DNA of 64,000 nt, taken from positions 1-64,000 of the forward strand of contig JAZNOU010000020.1 in assembly GCA_045589295.1 (NCBI GenBank). The letters are read 5' to 3'. How positions within the stretch are numbered: position 1 is the stretch's first letter; every line of letters starts with the position of its first letter. This DNA comes from Clostridia bacterium. GTDB taxonomy: Bacteria > Bacillota > Clostridia > RGIG6154. Made by a program: the position numbers and the translations under genes. The notes under the pieces are model-generated. The model searched no databases and had not been told where the DNA came from. It saw only the letters and a program-made list of their open reading frames with translations. Of the stretch, positions 1 to 9,472 are shown piece after piece.

Positions 1-2
1 CC

Positions 3-278
3 ATCGGATACCGCAGAACGCAGGCGCAGATGGACGCCATCGTGCACACCACCAGCATTTCGGCCCTATACGATCTGCTGAGCGCTGCGGCGGGCGGTGA
101 CGCCGCGGAGCTGACGGTGCAGCTGTCCTATTTTGAAGAGCAGCAGCGGCAGGAGGTGCTCGGCATTGTTGCGCAGGTGCAACAGCAACAGCAGCTTCCT
201 GCGCAGACGCCCTGGGAGGTGTATTTCTACCCTGAAGGCGGCAATGTGGAGATCGTGGAAATTATCCTGAAAAAATAG
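3..278 (+). CDS. C-terminal part of a hypothetical protein (GC-rich, 5'-truncated by the window edge)
   Basis: Frame is open from base 3 (IGYRRTQAQMDAIV...) to TAG at 276-278; GC-rich codons (gcg, ctg, cag) unlike the rest of the window. Confidence 0.65.
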   Translation: MGYRRTQAQMDAIVHTTSISALYDLLSAAAGGDAAELTVQLSYFEEQQRQEVLGIVAQVQQQQQLPAQTPWEVYFYPEGGNVEIVEIILKK

Positions 279-290
279 GGAAAAACGGGG

Positions 291-319
291 TTGACAAATG
301 GAGAAACATCCATTATAAT
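291..319 (+). promoter_or_regulatory. Consensus sigma-A promoter for tRNA-Gly/tRNA-Cys
   Basis: TTGACA (291-296), 17 bp spacer, TATAAT (314-319), 12 bp before the tRNA. Confidence 0.9.
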
Positions 320-331
320 CAATCCTGTTCT

Positions 332-407
332 GCGGGCGTAGCTCATCTGGTAGAGCGCCACCTTGCCAAGGTGGAGGTAGCGAGTTCGAGCCTCGTCGCC
401 CGCTCCA
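332..407 (+). tRNA. tRNA-Gly(GCC)
   Basis: GCGGGCG acceptor stem, anticodon arm CCACC-TTGCCAA-GGTGG, GTTCGAG T-loop, encoded CCA. Confidence 0.97.
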
Positions 408-475
408 TAGTATTCAGAAGGCGCTTTTAAAGCGCCTTTTGTAAAAAAGTCGCCTTTGGCGACTCATATATGCAC

Positions 476-550
476 GGTGCCATTGCCAAGTGGTAAGGCC
501 AAGGTCTGCAAAACCTTTATTCCCCGGTTCAAATCCGGGTGGCACCTCCA
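476..550 (+). tRNA. tRNA-Cys(GCA)
   Basis: GGTGCCA/TGGCACC acceptor stem, anticodon arm AAGGT-CTGCAAA-ACCTT, GTTCAAA T-loop, encoded CCA. Confidence 0.97.
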
Positions 551-551
551 T

Positions 552-583
552 ATCGGAACAGGTTAACCTTGTTCCGATTTTTT
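552..583 (+). terminator. Intrinsic terminator after tRNA-Cys
   Basis: ATCGGAACA / TGTTCCGAT stem followed by a T tract. Confidence 0.8.
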
Positions 584-645
584 CTATTTAAAAATTTATA
601 ACTAACCACAAACCGTTTTTTCAAAAACACCAAGATATATACATA

Positions 646-674
646 TTGATTTTTTGCACAAAATATGGTATTAT
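646..674 (+). promoter_or_regulatory. Putative sigma-A promoter (extended -10) for the first NagB-like gene
   Basis: TTGATT, 17 bp spacer, TG-n-TATTAT. Confidence 0.55.
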
Positions 675-711
675 ATTTTTACAGAAAACCATTTAATAAT
701 TGGAGGTAAAA

Positions 712-1476
712 ATGAAAACATTTTACAAAGAAAAACTAAAGGTAAATATATTTCCTACAAGGAATGAAATGGGTGCAGCAGCCGCTTTAGATATCGGCAA
801 TAAAATTGTTGAACTTCAAAAAGAAAAAGACGAAATCAATATTATCTTTGCTGCCGCTCCATCACAGAATGAGGTTTTGGAAAACCTTATTAAATTTGAG
901 GGAATTGACTGGGCAAAAATCAATGCTTTTCACATGGATGAATACATAGGTTTAAGCATGGACGCCCCTCAGCGATTCGGAAACTTTTTGAAAGAACATA
1001 TTTTTGCTTTGGTTCCATTCAAAAATGTATATTACATAAACGGCGGTGCAGACGACATTGACGAAGAATGTGCACGCTATACAAAACTCTTAAATAACAA
1101 CCCTGTTGACATTGTATGCCTTGGCATCGGTGAAAACGGACATATTGCATTCAATGACCCACCGGTAGCAGATTTTGATGACACAAAAGCAATCAAGAGA
1201 GTTAAACTCGATGAAATCTGCAGACAACAGCAGGTTAATGACGGATGCTTCGCCACATTGTCTGACGTACCAACTGAAGCATTAACACTTACTATCCCTT
1301 CACTTATGAACGGAAAACATTTATTCTGCAGCGTTCCTGCAATTACAAAAGCTGATGCCGTAAAAGCTATGCTCGAAGATGCGATAAGCACAAAATGTCC
1401 TTGCACAATACTTAGAACCCATGGAAGTGCTACTCTTTATTGCGACGGCGATAGCAGCAGCAAAATAAACGACTGA
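712..1476 (+). CDS. nagB: Glucosamine-6-phosphate deaminase / sugar-phosphate isomerase family protein (NagB-like, copy 1)
   Basis: FHMDEY and LGIGENGHIAFNDP motifs; GGAGG ahead of ATG at 712 (track start 700 is probably too early). Confidence 0.8.
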   Translation: MKTFYKEKLKVNIFPTRNEMGAAAALDIGNKIVELQKEKDEINIIFAAAPSQNEVLENLIKFEGIDWAKINAFHMDEYIGLSMDAPQRFGNFLKEHIFALVPFKNVYYINGGADDIDEECARYTKLLNNNPVDIVCLGIGENGHIAFNDPPVADFDDTKAIKRVKLDEICRQQQVNDGCFATLSDVPTEALTLTIPSLMNGKHLFCSVPAITKADAVKAMLEDAISTKCPCTILRTHGSATLYCDGDSSSKIND

Positions 1477-1507
1477 TTGTTTGTTGGAAAATCTTAAATA
1501 CTAGAAT

Positions 1508-1542
1508 AAAAAAATAGAGTTTGCAAGCAAACTCTATTTTTT
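1508..1542. terminator. Bidirectional intrinsic terminator
   Basis: AAAAAATAGAGTTTGC-AA-GCAAACTCTATTTTTT between convergent genes. Confidence 0.85.
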
Positions 1543-1544
1543 GT

Positions 1545-2849
1545 TTATTTATTATTTGTAGGTTTTACCATTACCATACTTATAACAAACGCTACTACAT
1601 AAAGCGAAAGTGTAACAAGTAAAACAGTTTGATATCCGGCGGGGTTTACCATATATCCCCCAACATCAACCTTTTGACCAACATGATTTACAATCCATGT
1701 TGCAAGCTGATTACCTGAAAGCCCTGCAAACGCCCATGCAGAAAGTGTAATTCCGTGAATTGCACTTATATTACTCATTCCGTAGTGATCTGACAAAAGT
1801 GTTGCCACGTTTGAAAAACCTCCGCCATAACCTGCGTTTACCATCATAATAAGTACAATTACAAGAGAAGCAAGAATAATATTTCCTGCACCATTTTTAA
1901 TTCCGCCAGTAATAACTACTGTACCTACCAAAACTATAGAAATTATAAATATCAGTTTATAAATTGTATTTCTGTCCTTAAGCTTGTCCGCCCATGCAGA
2001 AAACCCTAATCTTCCTGCAGCATTGAAAATCGCTGACATTGTTGAAATAATACCTACTGCGCCTGCAAGTCCAAGACATTTTACGATGTCTTTTTCCTGA
2101 GAAATAACCGCTAGACCGCAGGTGATGTTTATGTAAAACATAAGCCATATTCCGATGTAATTTTTAACAGGCTTTGTTTTGATTACACTGATAATGCTCT
2201 TCTTTTCTTCACTTGCATCCGCCTCGTGCCAATCATCTGGTTTTTTAAGCAGAAGATGTCCTACAAACATCATTACAAAATAAACTGCCGCCAAAATAAA
2301 GAACATTTTATAAATTCCGCCATCACCAAGACTAACCAACATCCACTCCATTATAGGACTTGCAATAGCCTTTGCCGCACCAAATCCTGCAACTGCAAGA
2401 CCTGTCGCCAAACCTTTTTTATCCTTAAACCAAAGCATTAAAGTTTTTACAGGTGACAAATATCCTGTACCAAGACCTACACCCATAACAAATCCGTAGC
2501 TTATATAAATACCAATAAGTGAAACCAAGCTGCCTTTGTTAATTCCACCATAGTAGATAAAAGCACCTGCTCCAGCCATACCAAGTGTAAAGCAAATTGC
2601 AGAAATGAGTGATGATTTATGTATATCTTTTTCTACAATATTGCCCAAAAATGCTGCTGACATTCCGAGGAAGAAAATTGCAAGACTAAACGCCCATTCT
2701 GTTGCGCTTTTTGAAAAGCCTATGTGATTTGCAATTTCCTGGCTAAAAAGCGACCAACAATAAACTGTACCGATACTGCAGTGTAGCAAAAGCGCTGGAA
2801 TTGCTGCCCTGAACCACTTGTTTGTTCGCCATGATTTTGTTTTACTCAT
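1545..2849 (-). CDS. MFS transporter, oxalate/formate antiporter (OFA)-like
   Basis: About 12 hydrophobic segments; IGTVYCWS, WFKDKKGLATGLAVAGFG and YGGGFS motifs; likely start MSKTK at 2849. Confidence 0.85.
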   Translation of the reverse strand: MSKTKSWRTNKWFRAAIPALLLHCSIGTVYCWSLFSQEIANHIGFSKSATEWAFSLAIFFLGMSAAFLGNIVEKDIHKSSLISAICFTLGMAGAGAFIYYGGINKGSLVSLIGIYISYGFVMGVGLGTGYLSPVKTLMLWFKDKKGLATGLAVAGFGAAKAIASPIMEWMLVSLGDGGIYKMFFILAAVYFVMMFVGHLLLKKPDDWHEADASEEKKSIISVIKTKPVKNYIGIWLMFYINITCGLAVISQEKDIVKCLGLAGAVGIISTMSAIFNAAGRLGFSAWADKLKDRNTIYKLIFIISIVLVGTVVITGGIKNGAGNIILASLVIVLIMMVNAGYGGGFSNVATLLSDHYGMSNISAIHGITLSAWAFAGLSGNQLATWIVNHVGQKVDVGGYMVNPAGYQTVLLVTLSLYVVAFVISMVMVKPTNNK

Positions 2850-2931
2850 AAATTCCACGTCCCTTCTAAGATACATAGATTTTAACACATATTTTTGTCG
2901 AAATCAAGTAGAAAACAAAAAAACAGGTAAT

Positions 2932-3750
2932 CTACATTCCGTTTTTAAACGCATTTTTATACTCTGTAGGTGACACACCTACATACTTTTTGAAAACTCT
3001 TGAAAAATATGAAGCATCTGGAATCCCCACAATTTTGGCAATTTTCTCGATACTATACGTATCTATTGTGAGCATTCCCAACGCGGTATAAATCCTCATC
3101 CTGTTCAAGTAATTAAGCGGTGGCAGTCCAAAGTTATCCCTAAATCTTTTCACAAAATATGTGGGGTGCATATAAACAATACTCGCAAGTTCATCAAGCT
3201 TAATATCTTTACCCATATTTTGTGACATATAATTCAAAACGGGTTTGAAAAACAAACTACTACTCCCCTTTAATTTCTGTCGCTCTTTTGCATAAGCATA
3301 AATTATATTGACAATGTTCCCACACCACGCAACATCGTAAAGCGGGTCTTTAAAGAATTCGTCCCTGCTTGAACTTTCAAAAAGCTCTCTTATATAATCA
3401 CTGTTTGACATATCTACTACTAGGTCGTGTTCGGTAAGATTCAAAACCTCCATAAGTTCCATACCATTTATTTCAGCAGAAAAAATCATTTCATACATCC
3501 GAAAGTTTTTTGAAACAGATGTATACATTCTCTTTTTCCCTTTTGGGAGATATGCAAGCTGGCCTGCTTTTATAATGTAGTTTTGTGAGTCAACACTTAA
3601 AAAACATTCACCCTCCACTACCATAAAAAACACATCATTTTGACCAATATGGCCAACGCTGTCACCTTTCCACACAATTGGCGGAACATATAATTTCACA
3701 TTAATAGGCTTGATTTTCAAGTTTTCAAGTCTGATTATTTGATTTCCCAT
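2932..3750 (-). CDS. AraC family transcriptional regulator
   Basis: Cupin-like N-terminus; C-terminal double HTH ending YFSRVFKKYVGVSPTEYK. Confidence 0.92.
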   Translation of the reverse strand: MGNQIIRLENLKIKPINVKLYVPPIVWKGDSVGHIGQNDVFFMVVEGECFLSVDSQNYIIKAGQLAYLPKGKKRMYTSVSKNFRMYEMIFSAEINGMELMEVLNLTEHDLVVDMSNSDYIRELFESSSRDEFFKDPLYDVAWCGNIVNIIYAYAKERQKLKGSSSLFFKPVLNYMSQNMGKDIKLDELASIVYMHPTYFVKRFRDNFGLPPLNYLNRMRIYTALGMLTIDTYSIEKIAKIVGIPDASYFSRVFKKYVGVSPTEYKNAFKNGM

Positions 3751-3947
3751 TCAATTTCCCCCTAATTTTGTCCTACTATATACAAAATAATGCTACAATG
3801 AATATTTTTGTGTTTATTTTTAGCTATTTATCATTTGTGTGTTTTTATAATTTTATCCTAAAAAACATAATATTGTCACTTTACAAAGTAATAATATCAC
3901 AATATAATAAACTTGTCAATTACATATTAAAGTAAGGAGATAACAAA

Positions 3948-5189
3948 ATGAAAAGATACGTTCAGGTTGGTTGCGGTTCCAGGGGTGTTCAATCGTATTC
4001 TATGCCGTTGGTAAAAGAGTATAAAGATTGTGGAAAACTTTGCGGTGTTTACGACATTAACTACAAACGCGCCGAAGTTGTAAGTGACTTCGTTGAAGAA
4101 AAAATTCCCGTTTTTACCAATTTTGATCAAATGCTCGAAGAAGTAAAACCCGACACTGTTATTGTAACTTCTATTGATTCTACTCATGATGATTATGTTA
4201 TCCGCTCATTAAGAGCAGGTTGTGATGTAATTTGTGAAAAACCTCTTACAACTACTTTTGAAAAGGCTATGAACATAAAAAAAGTACAAGAAGAAACGGG
4301 AAAAGATGTTGTTGTTACTTTCAACCTTCGCTTCAACCCATCCCTCGTGCGTATTAAAGAAATTGTTAAGTCAGGTGTAATCGGAGATGTTTTGAGCGTT
4401 CACTTTCAGTGGATGTTAGATACCGTTCATGGAGCCGACTATTTTAGACGTTGGCACAGACAAAAAGAAAATTCAGGTTCTCTTTTAGTACATAAATCAA
4501 CTCACCACTTTGACCTTATGAACTGGATTTTAGAGCAAGATCCTGTAAGTGTTAACGCTTTTGGTACAAAGCGTTTCTATGGTCACACACGTGACAAGCG
4601 CTCAGAAAGATGTCTTACCTGTCCATATAAGAAAGAATGTGAATTCTACTTTGATATTGCAGACTACGACGTTAACAAAAAGCTTTATTTAGATTGTGAA
4701 GATGTTGATGGTTACTATCGCGACAGATGTGTATTTGCAGACGACATTGATATTGAAGACAGCATCAGTGTAAACGTAAAATACAACGGCGGTGCTGTAA
4801 TGAGTTACTCACTTACTGCCCACTCACCTATTGAAGGCTTTAACATTGTCTTAAATGGCACAAAAGGAAGACTTGAATTTACAAAGTATGCCAACCATGG
4901 TGATAACTTCTCAGAACTTGACAACCAGACAATGCTTAAAATATACAACAGACGAGGCGAGCAGATTGAAATTAAACTTGCTCCCGAAGAATCAGGCAAC
5001 CACGGTGGTTCTGACAACAAACTCCGTGACAATCTTTTCAGAGGTTACGAAACTGACGAACTCGACCAGATGGCTGACACAACCTCAGGTCTTATGTCAA
5101 TCGGTATTGGTATGGCAGCTAACATTTCAATGGCCGAAGAAAGACGTGTTGACCTTAAAGAATTTTATGGCGATTTAAGAAAATATTAA
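3948..5189 (+). CDS. Gfo/Idh/MocA family NAD(P)-dependent oxidoreductase
   Basis: VGCGSRG Rossmann motif, CEKP, HGADYFRRWHR, HKSTHHFD, HGGSD. Confidence 0.9.
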   Translation: MKRYVQVGCGSRGVQSYSMPLVKEYKDCGKLCGVYDINYKRAEVVSDFVEEKIPVFTNFDQMLEEVKPDTVIVTSIDSTHDDYVIRSLRAGCDVICEKPLTTTFEKAMNIKKVQEETGKDVVVTFNLRFNPSLVRIKEIVKSGVIGDVLSVHFQWMLDTVHGADYFRRWHRQKENSGSLLVHKSTHHFDLMNWILEQDPVSVNAFGTKRFYGHTRDKRSERCLTCPYKKECEFYFDIADYDVNKKLYLDCEDVDGYYRDRCVFADDIDIEDSISVNVKYNGGAVMSYSLTAHSPIEGFNIVLNGTKGRLEFTKYANHGDNFSELDNQTMLKIYNRRGEQIEIKLAPEESGNHGGSDNKLRDNLFRGYETDELDQMADTTSGLMSIGIGMAANISMAEERRVDLKEFYGDLRKY

Positions 5190-5210
5190 TATAAAAGGAG
5201 AATAATAATT

Positions 5211-5948
5211 ATGGAACTTAGAATTTGTAAAAACAGTGAAGAATTAGGCAAAAGTGCTGCGAAACACGTTGCACAGGTTTTAAAAGATGTTATTGCAGAA
5301 AAAGGTTATGCAAGACTTTGCCTTTCAACAGGGGCATCACAGTTTGATACATTAAAAGCATTGGTAGAAGAACCAGGCGTTGAATGGAACAAAGTTGAAA
5401 TGTTCCACTTGGACGAATACGTTGACCTTCCTATTACACATGTTGCAAGCTTCAGAAAATATTTACAGGAACGTTTTGTTGATAAAGTTGGTCCTTTAAA
5501 AGCGGTTAACTTTGTTGACGGAACTAAAGAATGCATTGCAAAACTTACTGAAGAAATAAGAAAAGAACCTATCGACATCGGTCTTATCGGTATTGGCGAA
5601 AATGCTCATATCGCATTTAACGACCCACCGGCAAACTTTGACACAAAAGAAGCTTACATAATTGTTGATTTAGACGAACGTTGCAAAAAACAGCAGATGG
5701 GCGAAGGTTGGTTTGCTACAATTGACGATGTTCCAAAACAGGCTGTTTCAATGACAACATATCAGATTATGCAGTGCAAACGCATTGTTTCTTGCGTACC
5801 TAACGCTGTTAAAGCTGAAGCTATTAAAAACACACTTTCAGCCAAAGAAGTTACTCCAATGGTTCCGGCTACACTTCTTTCAACACATCCGGACTGGTTA
5901 TTGTACGTTGATGAAAACAGTGCTTCAGGAATTTTAAACTTAAACTAA
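5211..5948 (+). CDS. nagB: Glucosamine-6-phosphate deaminase family protein (NagB-like, copy 2)
   Basis: LSTGASQ, FHLDEY, GIGENAHIAFNDP. Confidence 0.82.
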   Translation: MELRICKNSEELGKSAAKHVAQVLKDVIAEKGYARLCLSTGASQFDTLKALVEEPGVEWNKVEMFHLDEYVDLPITHVASFRKYLQERFVDKVGPLKAVNFVDGTKECIAKLTEEIRKEPIDIGLIGIGENAHIAFNDPPANFDTKEAYIIVDLDERCKKQQMGEGWFATIDDVPKQAVSMTTYQIMQCKRIVSCVPNAVKAEAIKNTLSAKEVTPMVPATLLSTHPDWLLYVDENSASGILNLN

Positions 5949-6103
5949 TTAAAAAGTAAAATAAGTTTTTATCAAACATTTGCTAAAACGTTCCTAAAGC
6001 ATTATTAAAACATTTAGGTAAATCCATGATAACTAAACCTCCCCCTTAACTCTAAAGTTACGGGGGTTATGGTTTTAGTAGGGATTAAAAAGGAGTAAAT
6101 ATT

Positions 6104-7294
6104 ATGAAAAAAAATCTCATTTATAATGCAAAAGTCATCACCCCTGCGCGCGTGATTGAAAACGGCTTTGTTGTTTATGAAGATGGAAAGATTACGCAGG
6201 TAGGACAAAACGTTGATTTAAGCGCATTTGATTGTGAAAAATTAGATGCTAAAGGAAACTATCTCTCCCCCGGATTTATCGACATTCACTGTCATGGTGG
6301 CGGAGATGCAGACTTTATGGATGGCACTTTCGATGCATACATCACAGCAGCAACTCTTCATTCAAAATATGGCACTACCGCTTTAATGCCTACCCTAACA
6401 ACAGGTCCCGATGAGGATATGATAAATTCATTTAAAATCTTCCATCAGGCAAAAAACTCAGAATACAATGGTGCAAAACTTTTAGGTATACATATGGAGG
6501 GTCCGTATTTTAATCCTGCTCAGGCAGGTGCTCAGGACCCAAGATATATTAAATCTCCTACAAAAGAGCACTACGAAATGCTCTTTAACGCCTCAAATGG
6601 AGCCATTGCAAGATGGAGTGTTGCCCCCGAACTTCCTGGTGCTGCTGAGTTTGGTAAATTTTTAACACAAAAAGGTGTCCTGGCATCAATCGGTCATACA
6701 AATGCAATTTATGATGATGTTTTGGTTGCATTTGAAAATGGGTTTAATCTTTTAACACATTTCTACAGTGGAATGTCTACCATCACAAGAGATTCGGAAG
6801 GATATAGACAACTTGGTGTTATCGAAAGCGGATATGTTATAGACGATATGTGTGTTGAACTTATTGCAGACGGTCATCACCTGCCAAAAGAAATACTTAA
6901 ATTAGTTTATAAATCAAAAGGAGCAGACAAAATTGCTCTTGTAACCGACTCAATGCGCGGTGCTGGTATGCCCGATGGTGAAACTGTTTTAGGAAATATT
7001 GATACAGGTCTTAAATGCATAATCGACCGCGGTGTTGCAAAACTTCCTGATAAAACTGCATTTGCCGGAAGTGTTTCAACTGCTGACAGACTGGTAAGAG
7101 TTATGCACAAAATCGCAGATGTTAATATTGTTGATTCAGTTAAAATGATGACTTTAACACCTGCAAAACTCATCAATATGGATTTGACAAAAGGTTCAAT
7201 TACAGTTGGGAAAGACGCCGATCTTGTTATATTTGATGACAATATTAATGTTTCACTTACAATAGTTGAAGGAAAAACTGTTTATAAAGCATAA
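6104..7294 (+). CDS. nagA: N-acetylglucosamine-6-phosphate deacetylase family amidohydrolase
   Basis: PGFIDIHCHG, HMEGP, APE, GHTNA, ADGHH, VTDSM, FAGS. Confidence 0.92.
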   Translation: MKKNLIYNAKVITPARVIENGFVVYEDGKITQVGQNVDLSAFDCEKLDAKGNYLSPGFIDIHCHGGGDADFMDGTFDAYITAATLHSKYGTTALMPTLTTGPDEDMINSFKIFHQAKNSEYNGAKLLGIHMEGPYFNPAQAGAQDPRYIKSPTKEHYEMLFNASNGAIARWSVAPELPGAAEFGKFLTQKGVLASIGHTNAIYDDVLVAFENGFNLLTHFYSGMSTITRDSEGYRQLGVIESGYVIDDMCVELIADGHHLPKEILKLVYKSKGADKIALVTDSMRGAGMPDGETVLGNIDTGLKCIIDRGVAKLPDKTAFAGSVSTADRLVRVMHKIADVNIVDSVKMMTLTPAKLINMDLTKGSITVGKDADLVIFDDNINVSLTIVEGKTVYKA

Positions 7295-7321
7295 AAAAGA
7301 GGGCATAAGCCCTCTTTTTTT
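7293..7321. terminator. Bidirectional intrinsic terminator
   Basis: AAAAAAGAGGGC-ATAA-GCCCTCTTTTTT. Confidence 0.85.
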
Positions 7322-7325
7322 ATGC

Positions 7326-8183
7326 TCAAAACACTATACTGTGAGTTTTTATCATTGTCTGCTTTGGCGGGATTTTCAAAATTCCCGCTTTTTTTGCTAT
7401 GTCTTTGTCCGTGTCAAAATAGTCGGGAATTCCGCACCAAGGTTCAAAGCAGATATATTCTGCATCTTTTGTAGTCCATATACCAAGGTAATCAAAGCCG
7501 TCATATTGTATTTCGATTTTCTCGCCTGTTTCATTGTTTTTAATCCACGCTTTTCTTGACTTTAAGTCAGAAAATACAAGTGTATCTATCTCGGGTACAA
7601 AATATTTATATGAAAGTTTGATTTCACTTGTGTTTTTGCCCACATTAAAAGTATTTCTTCCTAAAAGTGCACCTTTTAACATAATTGAATTAAAATCTTC
7701 GATATGTTCAAATATAATGCTGTACTTTTCAATTCCGCCGGGACAAGCATAAGCTTCGTGTGCACCAATGGAACAATACATATCATTTTCGGTCAAATTT
7801 TTAATGCTGTAATCAACCTTAAGTTTTTCTCCCTCTAGAGTATATATAAGTCTTAGTTCAAAATCAAACGGGAAACACTTTTTTGTTTCTTCAGTTGATT
7901 TTAACAAAAAAGTAGCTTCTACGTCTTGGACACTTTCAGCTAAAAACTCACTTTTACTTGCAAAGCCGTGCTTTGTAAGATTATATTTTTTACCTTCCAG
8001 AATATACTCGTTATCTTTAACCATTCCGCAGATGGGAAATAAAACAGGCGCGTGCTTGTTCCAGAAGCCTTCTGCTCCCTGCCAGATCATTTCTTTTTCA
8101 GCCTTTTTTACACTTTGAATTTCAGCACCCAGCGTTGAAATTGTAACATTTAAATACTCATTCTTAATAGTTATATTAGCCAT
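7326..8183 (-). CDS. Aldose 1-epimerase family protein (LacX-like)
   Basis: GAEIQS, WQG, APVLFP, HGFA, ICFEPWCG. Confidence 0.9.
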   Translation of the reverse strand: MANITIKNEYLNVTISTLGAEIQSVKKAEKEMIWQGAEGFWNKHAPVLFPICGMVKDNEYILEGKKYNLTKHGFASKSEFLAESVQDVEATFLLKSTEETKKCFPFDFELRLIYTLEGEKLKVDYSIKNLTENDMYCSIGAHEAYACPGGIEKYSIIFEHIEDFNSIMLKGALLGRNTFNVGKNTSEIKLSYKYFVPEIDTLVFSDLKSRKAWIKNNETGEKIEIQYDGFDYLGIWTTKDAEYICFEPWCGIPDYFDTDKDIAKKAGILKIPPKQTMIKTHSIVF

Positions 8184-8193
8184 AATACACCTC

Positions 8194-9462
8194 TTATTTT
8201 GAAATTAGCTCCTCGTTGCTTTTGCTTGTAATAAGCATTGAAATTACCTTTTCTGTTACCTCTGCAGTATTTTCATTTCCAAGTTGCTTTCTTATCTTCC
8301 ACACAAATTCAAGTTCCTTTTGCGAAAGCAACAAATCTTCACGTCTTGTCCCCGATTTTATTATATCAATAGCGGGGAAAATCCGTCTTTCTTGAAGCTT
8401 TCTGTCTAAGTGAATTTCCATATTGCCGGTACCTTTAAATTCTTCAAAAATAACGTCATCCATACGGCTTCCTGTTTCAATCAAAGCTGTTGCCAAAATT
8501 GTCACGCTTCCTCCACCCGAGAGATTTCTGGCAGCACCAAAGAATTTTTTAGGGAAATATAACGCCCCCGGATCAATACCACCTGAAAGTGTTCTTCCTG
8601 TTGGCGGTATTACAAGGTTGTACGCTCTTGTAAGTCTTGTGATTGAATCAAGCAATATCACAACATCTTTTCTTTGTTCCGCCAGACGTTTTGCACGCTC
8701 TAAAACCATTTCGGCAACCTTTATGTGATGCTCGGGTTGTTCATCAAATGTCGAATATATTATATCACCATTAATACTATCTTGCATATCCGAAACTTCT
8801 TCGGGACGCTCATCAATTAAAAGAACTATAAGCTCACTATCAGGATAGTTTTGAGTAATAGAATTTGCAATATTTTTTAAAAGTGTTGTTTTCCCCGCTT
8901 TAGGCTGTGCAACAATAAGCCCTCTTTGTCCTTTTCCCAGTGGAGCGATTAAATCTATAAGACGCATTGAAAAGCCATTCTGCACAGTTTCCAACACCAT
9001 TCGCTTGTCAGGATAAATTGGACGCATAGTTTCAAAATTTTTTCTTTTAAGTGAAATATAAGGCAAATCATCATTTACAGTCTTCACAAAAATTAGGGGT
9101 TTAAAACGCTCTCCTTCTTTTGTAGGACGTGTATTTCCCACTACCTTATCGCCAGTTTTTAAATTAAATCTTTTAACTTGTCCTGGGGAAACATAAATAT
9201 CCTTGCTTGTAGATAGATAGTTTTTGCCTCTAAGAAATCCATATCCATCAGGAAGAACCTCTAAAACACCTTCAACCTGCTCGTCCTTTATGTCTTCCTT
9301 TTCTTCAGGCTCGCTTTGCGGCAAATCTACATCTTCTACCAAAGTTTGCCTTAAAACATCTAAAAGCTCATTTTTTCTGTACTTTGAGTAACAAATTCCT
9401 TTTTCTTTTGCAATTTCCTGAAGTTCCATTAACGTTTTTTCGTTTAATTGCTCTATATTCAT
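8194..9462 (-). CDS. rho: Transcription termination factor Rho
   Basis: DGYGFLR, GKGQRGLIVAQPKAGKT, LIDERPEEV, EEFKGTGNME, SGTRRE. Confidence 0.98.
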   Translation of the reverse strand: MNIEQLNEKTLMELQEIAKEKGICYSKYRKNELLDVLRQTLVEDVDLPQSEPEEKEDIKDEQVEGVLEVLPDGYGFLRGKNYLSTSKDIYVSPGQVKRFNLKTGDKVVGNTRPTKEGERFKPLIFVKTVNDDLPYISLKRKNFETMRPIYPDKRMVLETVQNGFSMRLIDLIAPLGKGQRGLIVAQPKAGKTTLLKNIANSITQNYPDSELIVLLIDERPEEVSDMQDSINGDIIYSTFDEQPEHHIKVAEMVLERAKRLAEQRKDVVILLDSITRLTRAYNLVIPPTGRTLSGGIDPGALYFPKKFFGAARNLSGGGSVTILATALIETGSRMDDVIFEEFKGTGNMEIHLDRKLQERRIFPAIDIIKSGTRREDLLLSQKELEFVWKIRKQLGNENTAEVTEKVISMLITSKSNEELISK

Positions 9463-9472
9463 TTCATTCTCC

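Noticed and set aside
660-678. 19-bp sequence AAAATATGGTATTATATTT shared between the nagB promoter and the tRNA-Gly promoter near 18150
   Set aside because: Explained by the extended -10 consensus in AT-rich DNA; not a convincing att site or repeat
5981-5996. cre/LacI-like operator TGCTAAAACGTTCCTA
   Set aside because: Weak palindrome with several mismatches to the cre consensus
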